A stretch of 64,000 nt of DNA from Camelus ferus (lineage: Eukaryota). Below the pieces are notes generated by a model that saw nothing but the letters and a program-made list of their open reading frames with translations, did no database searches and was not told the DNA's origin. Made by a program: the position numbers and the translations under genes. Location of the stretch: assembly GCF_009834535.1 (NCBI RefSeq), contig NC_045711.1, positions 43,462,001-43,526,000 on the forward strand, in the 5' to 3' direction. The stretch's first letter is position 1; each line of letters begins with the position of its first letter. Positions 12,685 to 24,204 of this stretch are shown here, in pieces.

Positions 12685-14175
12685 ATGCACTCATTGACTC
12701 TTTCATTCCACTCAATACAATTATCAAGCATCTTCTATATGGAAGGCACCATATAAAATGCTGAAATATAAAGAACAGAAATAAGACAGAGTCTTATTCT
12801 CCAAGAGCTCACAATCTGGTAGGGGAGACAGCTAAGTAAACAGATGATTATAATGTGTAAATTTTATGCGAGAGATTCACACAGAGTACTCCAGGATGGC
12901 CTTCTGGAGGAGCAGAATCTCGAAGGACATGCACAAATTAGGCAAGGAAAGGGTGGGAGGGGTGTTGTTGGCAGGGAGAGAGAGGAGAGAGCATGTGATG
13001 CTTGGGAAAAACTGCACACAGTTTAGGATGGTTGGTGCTTTGTGTGGGAGGCCGGGGGAGTAGAGAGAGATGCTGCCGAAAAGTAGGCAGGGGCCCAAAC
13101 ATAAAAGGCTGTGAAGAGGCTCCTGGACTTCATCCTCGGGGAAAGGAGGGAGGGAGATGCTCAGATTTGTATTTTAGGAAGATCATGTTGACTCAGAGAA
13201 TGGATTGGAGAGGGACACGATGGGTAGCAGGGAGACCAGAGAGGCAGCTGCTGTTCTGACCCAGGTGAGGAATCAAGAAGGACTGAATTAAAGTAGTGTG
13301 TCCGGGGTAGGAGATAGTGATAGCTAGCATTTACTGAGCACTTGCTGTATGCCAGAGCTGTTCTGCGTGCATGCATTAACTCATGTGGTCTTCTAGTTAC
13401 CCTTTGAGGTAGGAACCACTACTATTTTCCTCATTTTACAGCTGAGGAAATGAGGCACAGGGTCACCATCTAGTAAATGTGTACTTGTACTCGGGCCATT
13501 TACAGAATTGGGGGACCTAGCGGGGAGCAGCAGTTTTGGGGTGGGGTGTGGGCAGGGGAAGAGGACGAGTTGAGTTTAGACTGTTGACTTGAGATGCCTG
13601 TGGGAATCTGAGGGGAGGTGCTTGGCAGCACCTGGATTGCTGTGTCTGGGGCTCAGGAAAGAGATCTGGGCTGGGGGTAGTGATCTGAAAGTCATGGTAA
13701 AGGGTGAGCTCATTCAAGGAGACTGCAGAATGGGACAAACGAAAAACAGCATTTTGAGGGTGCCCATCATCTAAGGGGTGAACAGAGAAAGAACTGCTTA
13801 TGCAGGTGACTAAGGAGGAGCAGGCAGAGGGGTGAGAAGGTAACCAGAGCAGAGCGGAGAGAACTGTGTCTCAGGGAGGGCGTGGCCAGCAGCGCACGCG
13901 CTGCTGAGAAGCCAGGTGGGATGCAGTGAGGAGTATCCTTGCTGACAAAGACTGGATTTGGCCACAAAGATTTCCTGGGTGACTTTGATGAAGAAGAGTT
14001 TCAGTGGGATGCTTCGAGGTGGGCTGGGAAGTGAAAGGGAGGTGAAGAAGCAGAGATAAGCAAGTCTGGAGAACGCTTGTGGAGACTCTGTTAGGAAGGG
14101 AAGGAGAGGGAGAAGGCAGAAGGGAGGCAAGATAGAATGGCTTCATCTCCTTCTAAGACTTGAGCATGTTTTATG
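12685..14175 (-). mobile_element. Long L2 fragment interrupted by a MIR
   Basis: Antisense L2 3' tail at ~12690, then canonical L2 blocks (agagctcacaatctggtaggggagacag; ttgagatgcctgtggga; ggatttggccaca...ggtgactttg). Confidence 0.85.
13318..13500 (-). mobile_element. MIR nested in L2
   Basis: agctagcatttactgagcacttgctgtatgccag...cattttacagctgaggaaatgaggcacag. Confidence 0.85.
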
Positions 14176-15499
14176 TGGATCCGTTTTGGGATTCCCTCAA
14201 CAGAGCTGAGCACATTGGCTCATCCGAGCCAAGCAACACTCCTTTTAAGGACCTTCTCCTCCTCCCTCCACCCACTGGCATCGCCTCCACTTTGATAAAA
14301 ACAAACTCTCATTGTTGTAGAAAAACATGGTGAAAACCTGACTATCGGCAAAACCATCTGGAGATCTGAAGATGTTCCTCCCTTCGAGGCTGAGTGGTGA
14401 CAAGGGATGAAGTAGCTGGGCTGATAGACGCTTAATTGATTCTGATTTTCATCTGTTTATGGGAAACAATACACCCTGCTGATCACGGAGGGGTGGCCAC
14501 ACAGCGGGCCATCCCGCCTTCTGGCGCCTCCCCGGTGCTTTCTGGAGCAGGACTGGATGCTCCCCTATTTGTGTGGCTCTAGCCTTGATAGTTTGGGAGT
14601 CGCTGAAGGCATGTGTAACCAGTTGTGTCCCCTGCCTTGAAAAACCCGACTGAGCAAGCGCCCATTTCTAACGGAGCCCACGAAGCGTATTAAGGACCAC
14701 GGATCTGACTGGTAGATTGACAAATGAGTCTTCTCTTTGAAAAGCCTCTTCTCTTTAAGAGGCTATATTTGGAAGCTTGAGAGGAGCTGTCAAAAGCAGT
14801 TGGCGGGCACCTCACCCAACTTCTGGGCTTTTAAAATTTGGGTTGGAGTGTGGAATAGATACTGTTTCTCATTGTGAGCCACGGTAGATTTCCCTCCAAA
14901 TGTTGGAGGTGTGGCCAACCTACGCCGAAGGCAAAGGCTTAGGTTTGAGTAGGAGCTGACTGTGCGCACACAGCCTGCTAAGGACCTAACTGGGGCCGGA
15001 AGGACCCAAACACTTGTGTTTGCCTTGTGTATTTACATCCTCCCAAGAGGCTTGCAGGCAGCTGCTCCATGCAGGATATGGTGTGATGATGGCATTCTCA
15101 TGGTACTTTGGATACAGTCCAAACAAGGATCTATCATAGAGTCCGGGTTGTGGAACTGGAACCCAGCGGCTCCACACTTGTACCAGAAGGGGTTCCTGGT
15201 GAGAACGGGAGACCTTCGGGCAGTGATAGCCCACCTTGGCTCCCCACGGTGTTTCTGGGACTCTCAAATATAAACCCAGAACCATTTCTCCAGGAACCTT
15301 TCTGAACAATGAGTCTGGTGGCCAACCGACTACCCAGCGCCTCCAGATTCATTCTTAAGCCTATCAAGAAGCATGGGCAGGGTGACTGATTGCCTAAAGA
15401 TTTGATGGACACATTGGACAAACATTTAGAAAACAAAAATCACCATCAGGCTCTTGGAGGAGGAAGTGGGTGACGAAAATTTTCTGATATCAAATCATG

Positions 15500-15566
15500 A
15501 CCGGAAGTCCCATTAGGGTTAGCAACCCCCTTCAGTTAGGGGCAAAGAGTCTGACTGGCCACGTCA
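15500..15566. promoter_or_regulatory. Candidate cis-regulatory cluster (ETS, RFX half-site, XBP1/CREB3-type site)
   Basis: ACCGGAAGT 15500-15508; GTTAGCAAC 15518-15526; GCCACGTCA 15558-15566; motif match only. Confidence 0.3.
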
Positions 15567-16339
15567 ACGCTGCAGACAGCTTGTCTTGTGCTCTTACCAA
15601 GTGAACGTCCCGGCTTTGCCCTTTCACATCTATTCACTCACTCATTTAATTCTCCCCATGTTCCAGAGTCAGGTGCTCACCCTCCCCATCTGATCCATCC
15701 ACTCTCGTGTACACAGACGGCTTCCAGATCTCTCTCTCCAGCCTCGACCCTTTCACGAGCTTTTGCTTTGATTTGAGTCTCTACGTGGGCAGCCAGACAT
15801 GATCCAGAGAGCGTCATCCATCACCGGCTGGCTCAACAGCCTCAGGGAGAAGGGGCCCTCGGGTCAGATTTTAATGGGAGTTTGGCGGGGTGGGCGGGGG
15901 AGGCAGGGAGAGCATTCCAGTGCAGCAAGTTTGAGTGTTCTCTGGATGCAGAGTGCAGATTTGAGCAGTAGCGTATATTCATTCTTTCAACCATGCAATT
16001 TACCAAGCTCATACCCAAGCAAGGCACAGGGGATAGCCCATTCTTGCTCTCAGGGAGCTCCCAGTCTACACGGTGAGACAAGGGCTGATGGAGGCTAAAG
16101 AAGGCAGTTTTTAAGAGGTGTAAGGAGCGTGATTCACAAGGGGAGGTAAGTCCTGAAACTTCTGTGTCCCTCAGGAGTGCGACAAAATTGGCAAGAAACC
16201 CGCTTCGTTCCATGAGCGCTCCAAGGCCAGGGCAGGCCTTGCTCAACTTCATTTTTCTGGCACAAGGTGCTCAGCGAATATTTGGAACATTTTCTCAAGG
16301 ACTAAATGAACATACAAGGCGTCCTACGGGGACACTAGC

Positions 16340-16720
16340 TGCTTCTGGAGGAGTGGCAGGACGGGACTGGGAAGGTCTTCTTGGAGACCGTGATCTTTGA
16401 GCAGTATCTAGAAAGATGAATAAGGCCTTTGCCAGGTAGATAAGATGAGGAAGGGCAGCCGGGCAGAAGGAACAGTGGGTGCAAACGCACGGAGGCAGGC
16501 ACCAGAGAGCATGGAGTGTCCGGCGGGTGGTTCTCCCATGCTGGAAGGTAGGGACATGATGGTTAAGCACAGGCGGATGATGTGGCTGGCGAGGGGGCAG
16601 GGGCCGACGCCATTCTAAGGAGTTGGGCTTTTGCAAATTACAGGAGGCCCAGGAATTTGAGGGTTTTAGGCAGGGCAGGGATGTGGCCACCATGTGTGTG
16701 GGCTGAAGCAGGGGTACCAC
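16340..16720 (-). mobile_element. L2
   Basis: gggaaggtcttcttggagaccgtgatctttgagc...ggaacagtgggtgcaaacgcacggaggc...ggttttaggcaggg. Confidence 0.75.
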
Positions 16721-17004
16721 CAAGGAGCATGCCCAGAGACTCTCTTCTAAAGTTTTAGGGTGGCTATTACCCAGGTCCCTGCTTCTCACCACCAGAAACC
16801 CAGATAACTCATGTGGGGTTATCTCACATGTCCCTACCACAATTCACCTTCACAGCACCCTACGCTACTTGGCATGAGGGAGGGAGTCAACAGCTGGCAG
16901 AGCAGGGAGCAGGTGCAAAACTGCTCTGAGCCAAACTGCCAGGTGCTACCCGTGTGCCTGAGTGACCCCCAGGCTGCCAATGCTGGAGGCCCTCTGACAT
17001 CAAC

Positions 17005-17135
17005 CAACTCCATCCTCCCATTCTGTGGATGGGAAACCTGAGGCCCAGGGAGGGAAGCAACCCGTCCAAGTTCTCATGGCACAGACAGGACCAGAATCCA
17101 GGCCCCCTGGGCTCCCAGTCTGGTGTTCTCTCCTC
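17005..17135 (-). mobile_element. MIR
   Basis: cccattctgtggatgggaaacctgaggcccagggaggg. Confidence 0.7.
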
Positions 17136-17154
17136 AGGTAGATCTTCTCAAAGT

Positions 17155-17315
17155 TGAGTCCTGCTACCGCCCCAGCTCTACGATCTGCCGCGAGTTACTT
17201 GGCTGTGTAGTTCTGTCATCTGGAGCACGGTGACAAGAACGGCTCCCTTCCGGGGTTGTTGTGGGGATTAGATGAGACAACGCACGCCAAGTGTCTGCAG
17301 CTTGATGCCTGTGGG
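17155..17315 (+). mobile_element. MIR (degenerate)
   Basis: ggggttgttgtggggattagatgaga matches the MIR 3' half. Confidence 0.6.
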
Positions 17316-19169
17316 TAGTGGGGTGGCCAGGTAGAAGGAACTGTTCCTGTTCTCGCCCCTTGGGTTTCTGTTTCTGCCCCCAGGCTGTTACCCCACTGCC
17401 TGTCTCTGGTGGTGGTGGTGCTGGGGTGGCCAAGGGGCTCCTACAGCAGCTGAACTGGGGTGGGGGCACTTCTCAGATGGTCATACCTTGGCTTGATTGG
17501 GTTTAGGGCAAATACTGATTGAAAAAAAGCAATCTTTGGTCTGGGTGACAGCCCAATCATGTGTTCTTTGGGATGACAAAGTACAGTGAAAAATACTGAG
17601 AGAAGTGCAGGTGTGTGTTTTTGCACAGGTGGGTGATTTTACCAGGCAAAAGGACTTTCCTGTTTACAAAGGGGTTCATGGCAGGATTCCTGTAAGTCAC
17701 CAGTTCTTCTTAGGACTCTCCCTCAGGACTCAGTTTCTCTGGCACGACTCACACCAGCCTTCTAGTGAAGGGCCTTCTGCTCCCCGTTGTCTTGCCATCC
17801 CTGCCTTTCTTGCAAGATTCCCTTGAGCTCTGAGCATGGGAAGAGTGTAGCTGCTTATAGATCGTAAGACCACCATGATTTTATGTGACATCAAGAAAGA
17901 GAAAGAACTGCCAACTGTAAATGAGATGCAATTGACTGGGGGAAAAAAAAACCCAATTTCAGAAATGTTAAGACATGGGAAAAAAAAAAAAACCCCAAAA
18001 CCCATGCATTAGAATCAATTTGAGAACCAGAGTCAGCTGGATAAGTTAGTTCTATCGACAAAATGAGAACATACAAATGAGGGCCAATCCCCAAATGATA
18101 CTTGGGTTAATATTACTTAATGATTATTTTTCCATTGTGAAAGAAACCAGTAATAAACAGGCTCTAGAAGGACGCACGCGGGCCTGTCTTGTTCAGCACT
18201 GGATCTCCATCACTCTTAGTAAGTGCCCAGCCAGTATTTGTTGAATGAATAAACAAAGCAAAGCCACGTTATAAGACATGTGGCAAACCCAGAAAATGAA
18301 TCATCCAGAATTCCCCCACTGTGGGTATTTTGTCTTATTTCCTTCGAGTCTTATTTCCTTTTATGAATATGCTCTTTTATATGTGTGTAAACATAATGTA
18401 TTATTAGATTTAGCTCCAGGATGTGTTTTTGTATTTCTCTATTAATATGAATGAAATGATGAGATGAGACGGTGCGGGAACGCTTTGAAGACTGTGAAAT
18501 GTTTAACCAAGTATCTTATTATTAGTTATAATAACCATAGCAATACTAATATGAATGAAGCTGATTTTCTGAAAATCTACTTCAAAGCAAACAACGAATT
18601 GGTCCTCTGAAGCTGGGAATCTGTTCTGTCCCTGATCACCACGGGGAGTCCCTCTCTTTCATGCTGGGAAGAGAAGGAGACTTAAGGGTTCTGAAAAGAC
18701 GTCAACTCCAACTTCCCACCTGGCCTAGAAGCCTCTTTGGTGTCACTGATGGAGAGTTGGTGAGGACGGGGGACGACTCAGCACATCTCTCGGGACATGA
18801 CTGACAGCAGCCTGCAGAAAAATTCCCTCTTTCCAACCTCCGCTAGCGGTGAGACGAAGTTACCCTGGGGGTTTCAAAGAAGGCTGTTCACTTCCTCTGC
18901 ATGTTAATAGCAGTGTGGATGCCAGAGGGGTGTCTGCACAGGTAAGTCATCCATGATCGGGGTGGCGGTTACATGCAACAAACCACAGAGTCAGATGTGC
19001 CTTGGACAATTTTCATCAAAACTTCACCGTTCGATAGCCAAAGAATTCATGCGCACACTTATCAGTCTAACCCGTGCCTGGTTCTTGGGAGGGAGGTGGG
19101 TTGACTCACAAAACATGCAGAAGGGAGGATGGACAGATACTCTCTCCCTGACCAAGCTCTAGCCAGGCT

Positions 19170-19893
19170 TTTTTGTGCCCTCTTCTCCACTAGGCTTCAA
19201 CCCTGGCCTACAGAGGCCCGGACAAACCCTGACACAGTTTCTAGCAGCTCAAATCCAGATGCATGGGATGACCTCAGCCTCGTCAAAGTCCCTGCCTGAG
19301 GAAACTCAAGGCTGTCAAAAAAAATACCATTTCCATTAACAGACACACATGACTGTATCTAGACGAGATAAACAACAAGGACCTACTGTATAGCACAGGG
19401 AACTATATTCAATTTCTTGTAATAACATGTAATGGAAAAGAATTTGAAAAGGAAAAATATATATGTACGCCTATGTAGAACTGAATCACTTTGCTGTACA
19501 CCTGAAACTAACATTGTCAATCAGCTACATTCCAATAAAAAATTAAAAAAACAAAAAAGAATTTACCGTTTGTCCCCACCACTAGCTACAGGTAGGGCCC
19601 CGTCTCCCTGAGTTTGTGGAAGGAGAGGAGCCTAACATGGCTTGGGTCCAATTAGCAAACTCAGATGGGTTTCCTGCGGACTGTTGTAACGTTTCATTTC
19701 CCAGACTCTGCTCAGGCGCCCTCTCTTCCTCACCCTTCCCCCTTGTTCTCCCTTTAAAATGCCAGGTGCCTTCTGCACAAATCGAAGTTGAGTTCAGTTC
19801 ATGCTGAACCCTCTTCCTTATTGCAATAGTATATGACCGATTAAATGTGTCCTTGCTGCTTTAATGAGCGCCCGGCTTTGTTTATCTCGGACA
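19170..19893 (+). mobile_element. ERV1-class solo LTR (MER34/MER39-like), split by an L1 tail
   Basis: ccctgcctgaggaaactcaaggctgtcaaaa ... aaagaatttaccgtttg is contiguous in the LTR; the 3' part gcacaaatcgaagttgagttcagttcatgctg...ctttgtttatctcggaca ends in CA. Confidence 0.7.
19325..19556 (+). mobile_element. Artiodactyl/camelid L1 3' tail
   Basis: gataaacaacaaggacctactgtatagcacagggaactatattc...ccaataaaaattaaaaaaac. Confidence 0.9.
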
Positions 19894-21373
19894 GTATTCA
19901 GAGGCTGGCTATCACATCCAGGCTAACAGCTTGGGCTCCGGGCTTTCTGCACACCTTGACCTGTTAGTCTGCGTTCTTATTCTTCCTGATTCAGATCCTC
20001 AGCCCTAAACTTGGCTCCTGCCATCTGCTTCTTGCCCTCCCTCTTTGTCCTTAAGGATGGAGTTTTCTGGTTGTACCACTTGGCTCCCACCTTGCACACT
20101 CTTGCACGCTCCACCTCCGTCCACACCACCTGTTTCCATCTTTGGGGCTGTAGACACCGGGCCAACCTCCCAGCCTCCTCTATCCCTGCCTCGAAGCCGC
20201 TGTCCCACCCGCTACGTGCTGCACTGAAGGTTGATCTATCTTGGCCTTTGGCAACTGCCCAGCTGTAAGTACCAGGAAAGTTTTGTGAGGTCACACCATT
20301 GATGCTGTCCCAGAGAGTCAAAAATACAGCTTGCTGAGAGACGTAAAACAAGTTTCTCATATAGAAGATCGCTTCCTAAAATGGCTAAAGAGCTGTGATC
20401 AGTCCTGGATGAAAGATGATTTGAGCCATATTTTAATAACAAGCTGAGCCCCCGTGTTACGTGTGTATCTCTTTGCTGACCATTCCTTCCTGGTTCTCCC
20501 TTCCTCACACCCTAGAGCTGGGCTGCCTACCCCTCATTCACTGAACTCAGTGCTCTAGGCCTCCCAGGGCAAGTTGTCTTGGGTGATCTGGTTTAGAACT
20601 TCCTCAGACTCACAGTCTTCCCAGTTTTTATTCTAGGCACACCAGGAAATAAGAAGGGAAAAGCCTCCTGATGTCTCTCTGCAGTCCTGCTTTGAGACCT
20701 CCGTCCTACTGAGAATTTACGGAAGCCTCCCTTCTGAGATGTGAAACCCACGTCAAACACGAGGCTGTGCCCGTCCCTCGCTCCACGGACACACAGATTG
20801 GAGGCAGCAATCCTGGCTGGCCTGGAGCATCCCAACCCCCGGCGCTAAATCAGAGAGGAAGGAAGCCTCTAAAAGCTTCCTTCCACTTAAACTCCATTAC
20901 AGGAGGGTGATGGCCCGTCCCTGTTCCTTCTTGCAGGCCACTTTGCATTGTATTAACACAAGTGATGAAACATATCCAGCCCTGGTTAGCAGTTTCCCTT
21001 AGTATCCGCCGTCCTCCCATCCCACCCCCACAAAGATTTTTTTTCCCTAGAATGATTCATTAAAAAAAAAAAATCAACCAATTCAGTGAGAAAGAAAAGT
21101 AAGCTGGGTTTTTCCAGCTTTTTAGGAACGAACAGGTGGTGCAGGAGAATCAGGTTGCAGAGGTCAACTGACGCCTTTCTCCCATTTCAGGGCGCATCCC
21201 TTTAGTGAGCGCAGCCCTGCTGCACCCTCCTGGGTGGATCCAGAGCCTCCCAGGAGTGGAAATCCCATTTCTCCTCCTCATGCCTCTGCAGATGGCCAGG
21301 AGAGGCCGGGACCACTATTCTAGAAAGCCCAGGAGACTTACCCTCTGCTCCTGTGTGGCCACGAAAGTCTGGA

Positions 21374-21513
21374 NNNNNNNNNNNNNNNNNNNNNNNNNNN
21401 NNNNNNNNNNNNNNNNNNNNNNNNNNNNNNNNNNNNNNNNNNNNNNNNNNNNNNNNNNNNNNNNNNNNNNNNNNNNNNNNNNNNNNNNNNNNNNNNNNNN
21501 NNNNNNNNNNNNN
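21374..21513. other. Assembly gap (140 N)
   Basis: Run of N. Confidence 1.
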
Positions 21514-21565
21514 CTGCTCGTGGAGTCCTGGGACTGAAAAGCTCAAAGAGATGCTAGAAAGGCCC

Positions 21566-22015
21566 ACAGTGGGCAGAATCATGGCCCCCAGAGATTCTGC
21601 ACACCCTCATCCCCGGACACGGTGCCTACGTCACCTTACACGGCGAATAGTACGCTGCAGATGGAGCTAAGGATTGTCCTCAGTTATCCAAATGGCCCAG
21701 TGTGATCACAAGGGTCCTTATAAGAGGGGGGCACGGGGATCAGAGACTGAGAGAGAATGGAAAGATGCTATGCTGCTGGCTTTGAAGATGAAGGAAGGGG
21801 CCACAAGCTCAGGGATGCGGGCAGCTTCTAGAAGCTGGCAAAGGCAAGGGAATAGACATTCCCCTAGAGCCTCGAGAAGGAAGGTGGCCCTGCTGACCCT
21901 GGGAAGCCCATTTTTGATTTCTGGCTTCCAGAATTGTAAGATAATAAATGTGTGTTGTTGCAAACTGCTGAGTTGGTGGGTAATCTGTTTCAGCAGCAAT
22001 CAAATAAAACCAAAA
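21566..22015 (+). mobile_element. MaLR LTR (MLT1C/D-like)
   Basis: gggcagaatcatggcccc...tgctggctttgaagatgaaggaaggggccacaag...gcttctagaagctggc...ccagaattgtaagataataaatgtgtgttg. Confidence 0.9.
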
Positions 22016-22464
22016 ACCAAAAACCAATGAATTCAGGTCAGTTAAGCCAAATCCTTGCTTCAATCTCCAAAACTGTATAGAATGGGGTTATAAAGTGAGT
22101 CAAGCACCCATTCTCTTTATTTACTAACTTCTCTACTGGACCACGAGCTGAGACGAGGAGATTGGGAGGAAAACATGACGATACGGCAGTAGAAATAAAC
22201 ATACTGGGCTGGCCTGTAACCCAAGTGCCTGCCCCTTGGAGCTGCAGGAGATGGGTAACCAGAAACGAAGCTTCTCCCTTTTTTTTCCTTGGCAGGAGAA
22301 ATGGCTCTTGGCAGTGAGGGGTGGGGGTAGGGGGCAGAAAGGGATGGGATGGGAGAGCTTGGCTCATCCTATATATTGGCGCTCAAAATGGGTGGAGAGG
22401 GCACCTGTGGGATATATCAGCCTTCCCTGGGTCTCCTCTGTCTCACTCTCTACAAACAGACTCC

Positions 22465-22910
22465 AGAATGAGCTTTCCAAAACGCAAACCTGTGTAACTT
22501 ACAAGGAGCCTCCTTTCCTTAGCCCGCCCCTGTTCCCGCCTTGCTCTGGGCAGCCCTCTGCTCTGTGGAACCATGTGGTTGAACCACCAGGGCCACCGGA
22601 TTGGTTGTCCCGGGTACCTGCTCCACACGGATGCACGGGTATCTCCTGCCTGGAATGTCTTTCTACTTTGTCCGCCAGACCATCTCCCCACCCTGCGGAG
22701 TCAGCCCCCAGTCCCACTTAAAGCAACTCCTCGTATGCCTGATAAAGCCTCTGCCACATCCTGTCACGGTCCTTTATCTGACTGTCTTTTCCACCAGCGT
22801 GGAGCATCCTGAGGCCAAGTTCTGGGCTTTCTGTCTGGATCTCAAAGGTCCTGCACAGGGCCGGGCATCTAGCAGACACCCAGGGGATGCCAGCTGAATG
22901 AATGAGTAAG
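22465..22910 (+). mobile_element. L2
   Basis: ctcctgcctggaatgtctt...ends in ctgaatgaatgag. Confidence 0.7.
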
Positions 22911-23593
22911 AGATGTGTGACTCAAACCTCACTCATGTATTAATGGGCAAGGCCCATCTAGAGTCCACATCAAGGAGCGCTCCGAAAGCAGAGGATGGGG
23001 AGAGGACGGGTAGATGCAGAAATCAGGGAAGACGGAGCAGGGGAGAAAGGGAGGTCAGAGGTCAAGGAGGGGAGATGTGTCAGCACTGGGGCCATAGCAT
23101 GGGGTAAGTCTGGGGACGCGTTCCAAAGCTGGCACAGATGAGAATGGCGAGGAAGGAAGGGCTGGGGCCAGGCACAGGAATGGGCAGGACCCAGGACCAC
23201 CTGACAGCCTGGGACTGAGGCAGGGGGAGGGGTCTGGAGCTGGGTGAAAAGTCCAAGCCTCAGGGCACAGGGAAAGAAAGGGTTAGTAGGCAGACAGGGA
23301 CCAGAGGGAAGGCCAGGCAGGGCTCTCACAGTCCAGACGGGGAGTCCAGTGGCTGAAGTGGGGCTCAGGCAAAAGAGAGCTTCGGACAGGATTCCTTCCA
23401 TAAACATCTTCATGGGGCCGGAAAGAATCCAGGGCCCTCCACGAATACCACCCCCCACCCTGGGCCGTCCTCCAGCTGATTCAACTCCTCCATCATCTCT
23501 TTACTCAGACGGCTCCATCCAAACTCCTGCCCACACGTCCGGGCGAGCCTGTGGTTTGCGGTCTATCTCTCCCATGGGCCTGGCCCTCATCAT

Positions 23594-23720
23594 GGGGAGG
23601 GGCTGTGGGAGGGGGAGGATGGGCGGGAAGAGGAGGGCGGAGTGGGCAGCTTCCATTGGCTGTGCTTCCTAAGGTCTAAGAGAAGAGCTGGGGAGAAGCC
23701 CAGGAGCAGGAGCATAAACA
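23594..23720 (+). promoter_or_regulatory. Promoter-like motif arrangement
   Basis: GGGCGG 23621-23626 and 23635-23640, reverse CCAAT (ATTGG) 23655-23659, TATA-like CATAAA 23713-23718; motif order and spacing only. Confidence 0.3.
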
Positions 23721-24204
23721 GGCTTGAACGGGAGACAGAGTGAACGCTCAGTGATACTGGGACACAGGGAGGCTTGTGTTTGGATGAACCGAAAGCATGT
23801 TCAGTGAGCTGTGGGGGTGGGATGGGAGAGATGCCCAAACTTGTTTTCCAGAGCTCGCTGAAGCTGTGCGCCTGCTATGTAAGTGAGCTCGAGAAACCTT
23901 AGAGCCAGGGAGACAGGCTCAAAGGGGGAACCCGTGGTTACAGGGAGAAATGAGAAATGAGGCCTTTGTGCCAGCAGCGCCGTGGGGAGTGGGCAGAGCA
24001 GAGAGCCAGGCATGCCTGTGCCAGCGAGAGCCGCCCGAGGCGTCTCAGACTGGCTTCGGGTCCGGAAGGGGAGTTGATTCCAGAAGCAGCAAGAGCTGGC
24101 GCAGAATGAATTCCTCAAGTATTCTCATCATTACAAACAGCAGCAACCGGATGGGCAGAGGCAGAAGAGAGGGACGAATGAGGTTTCTGCCCTCTTCAGA
24201 ACAC

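Noticed and set aside
17005-17315. Adjacent inverted MIR pair (also 49612-49870) as a dsRNA or miRNA hairpin
   Set aside because: Copies are too diverged to pair extensively; such pairs are common at this MIR density
23460-23530. Minus-strand peptide EFGWSRLSKEMMEELNQLEDG that looks protein-like
   Set aside because: Poor acceptor and donor (gtgggg); no family recognised
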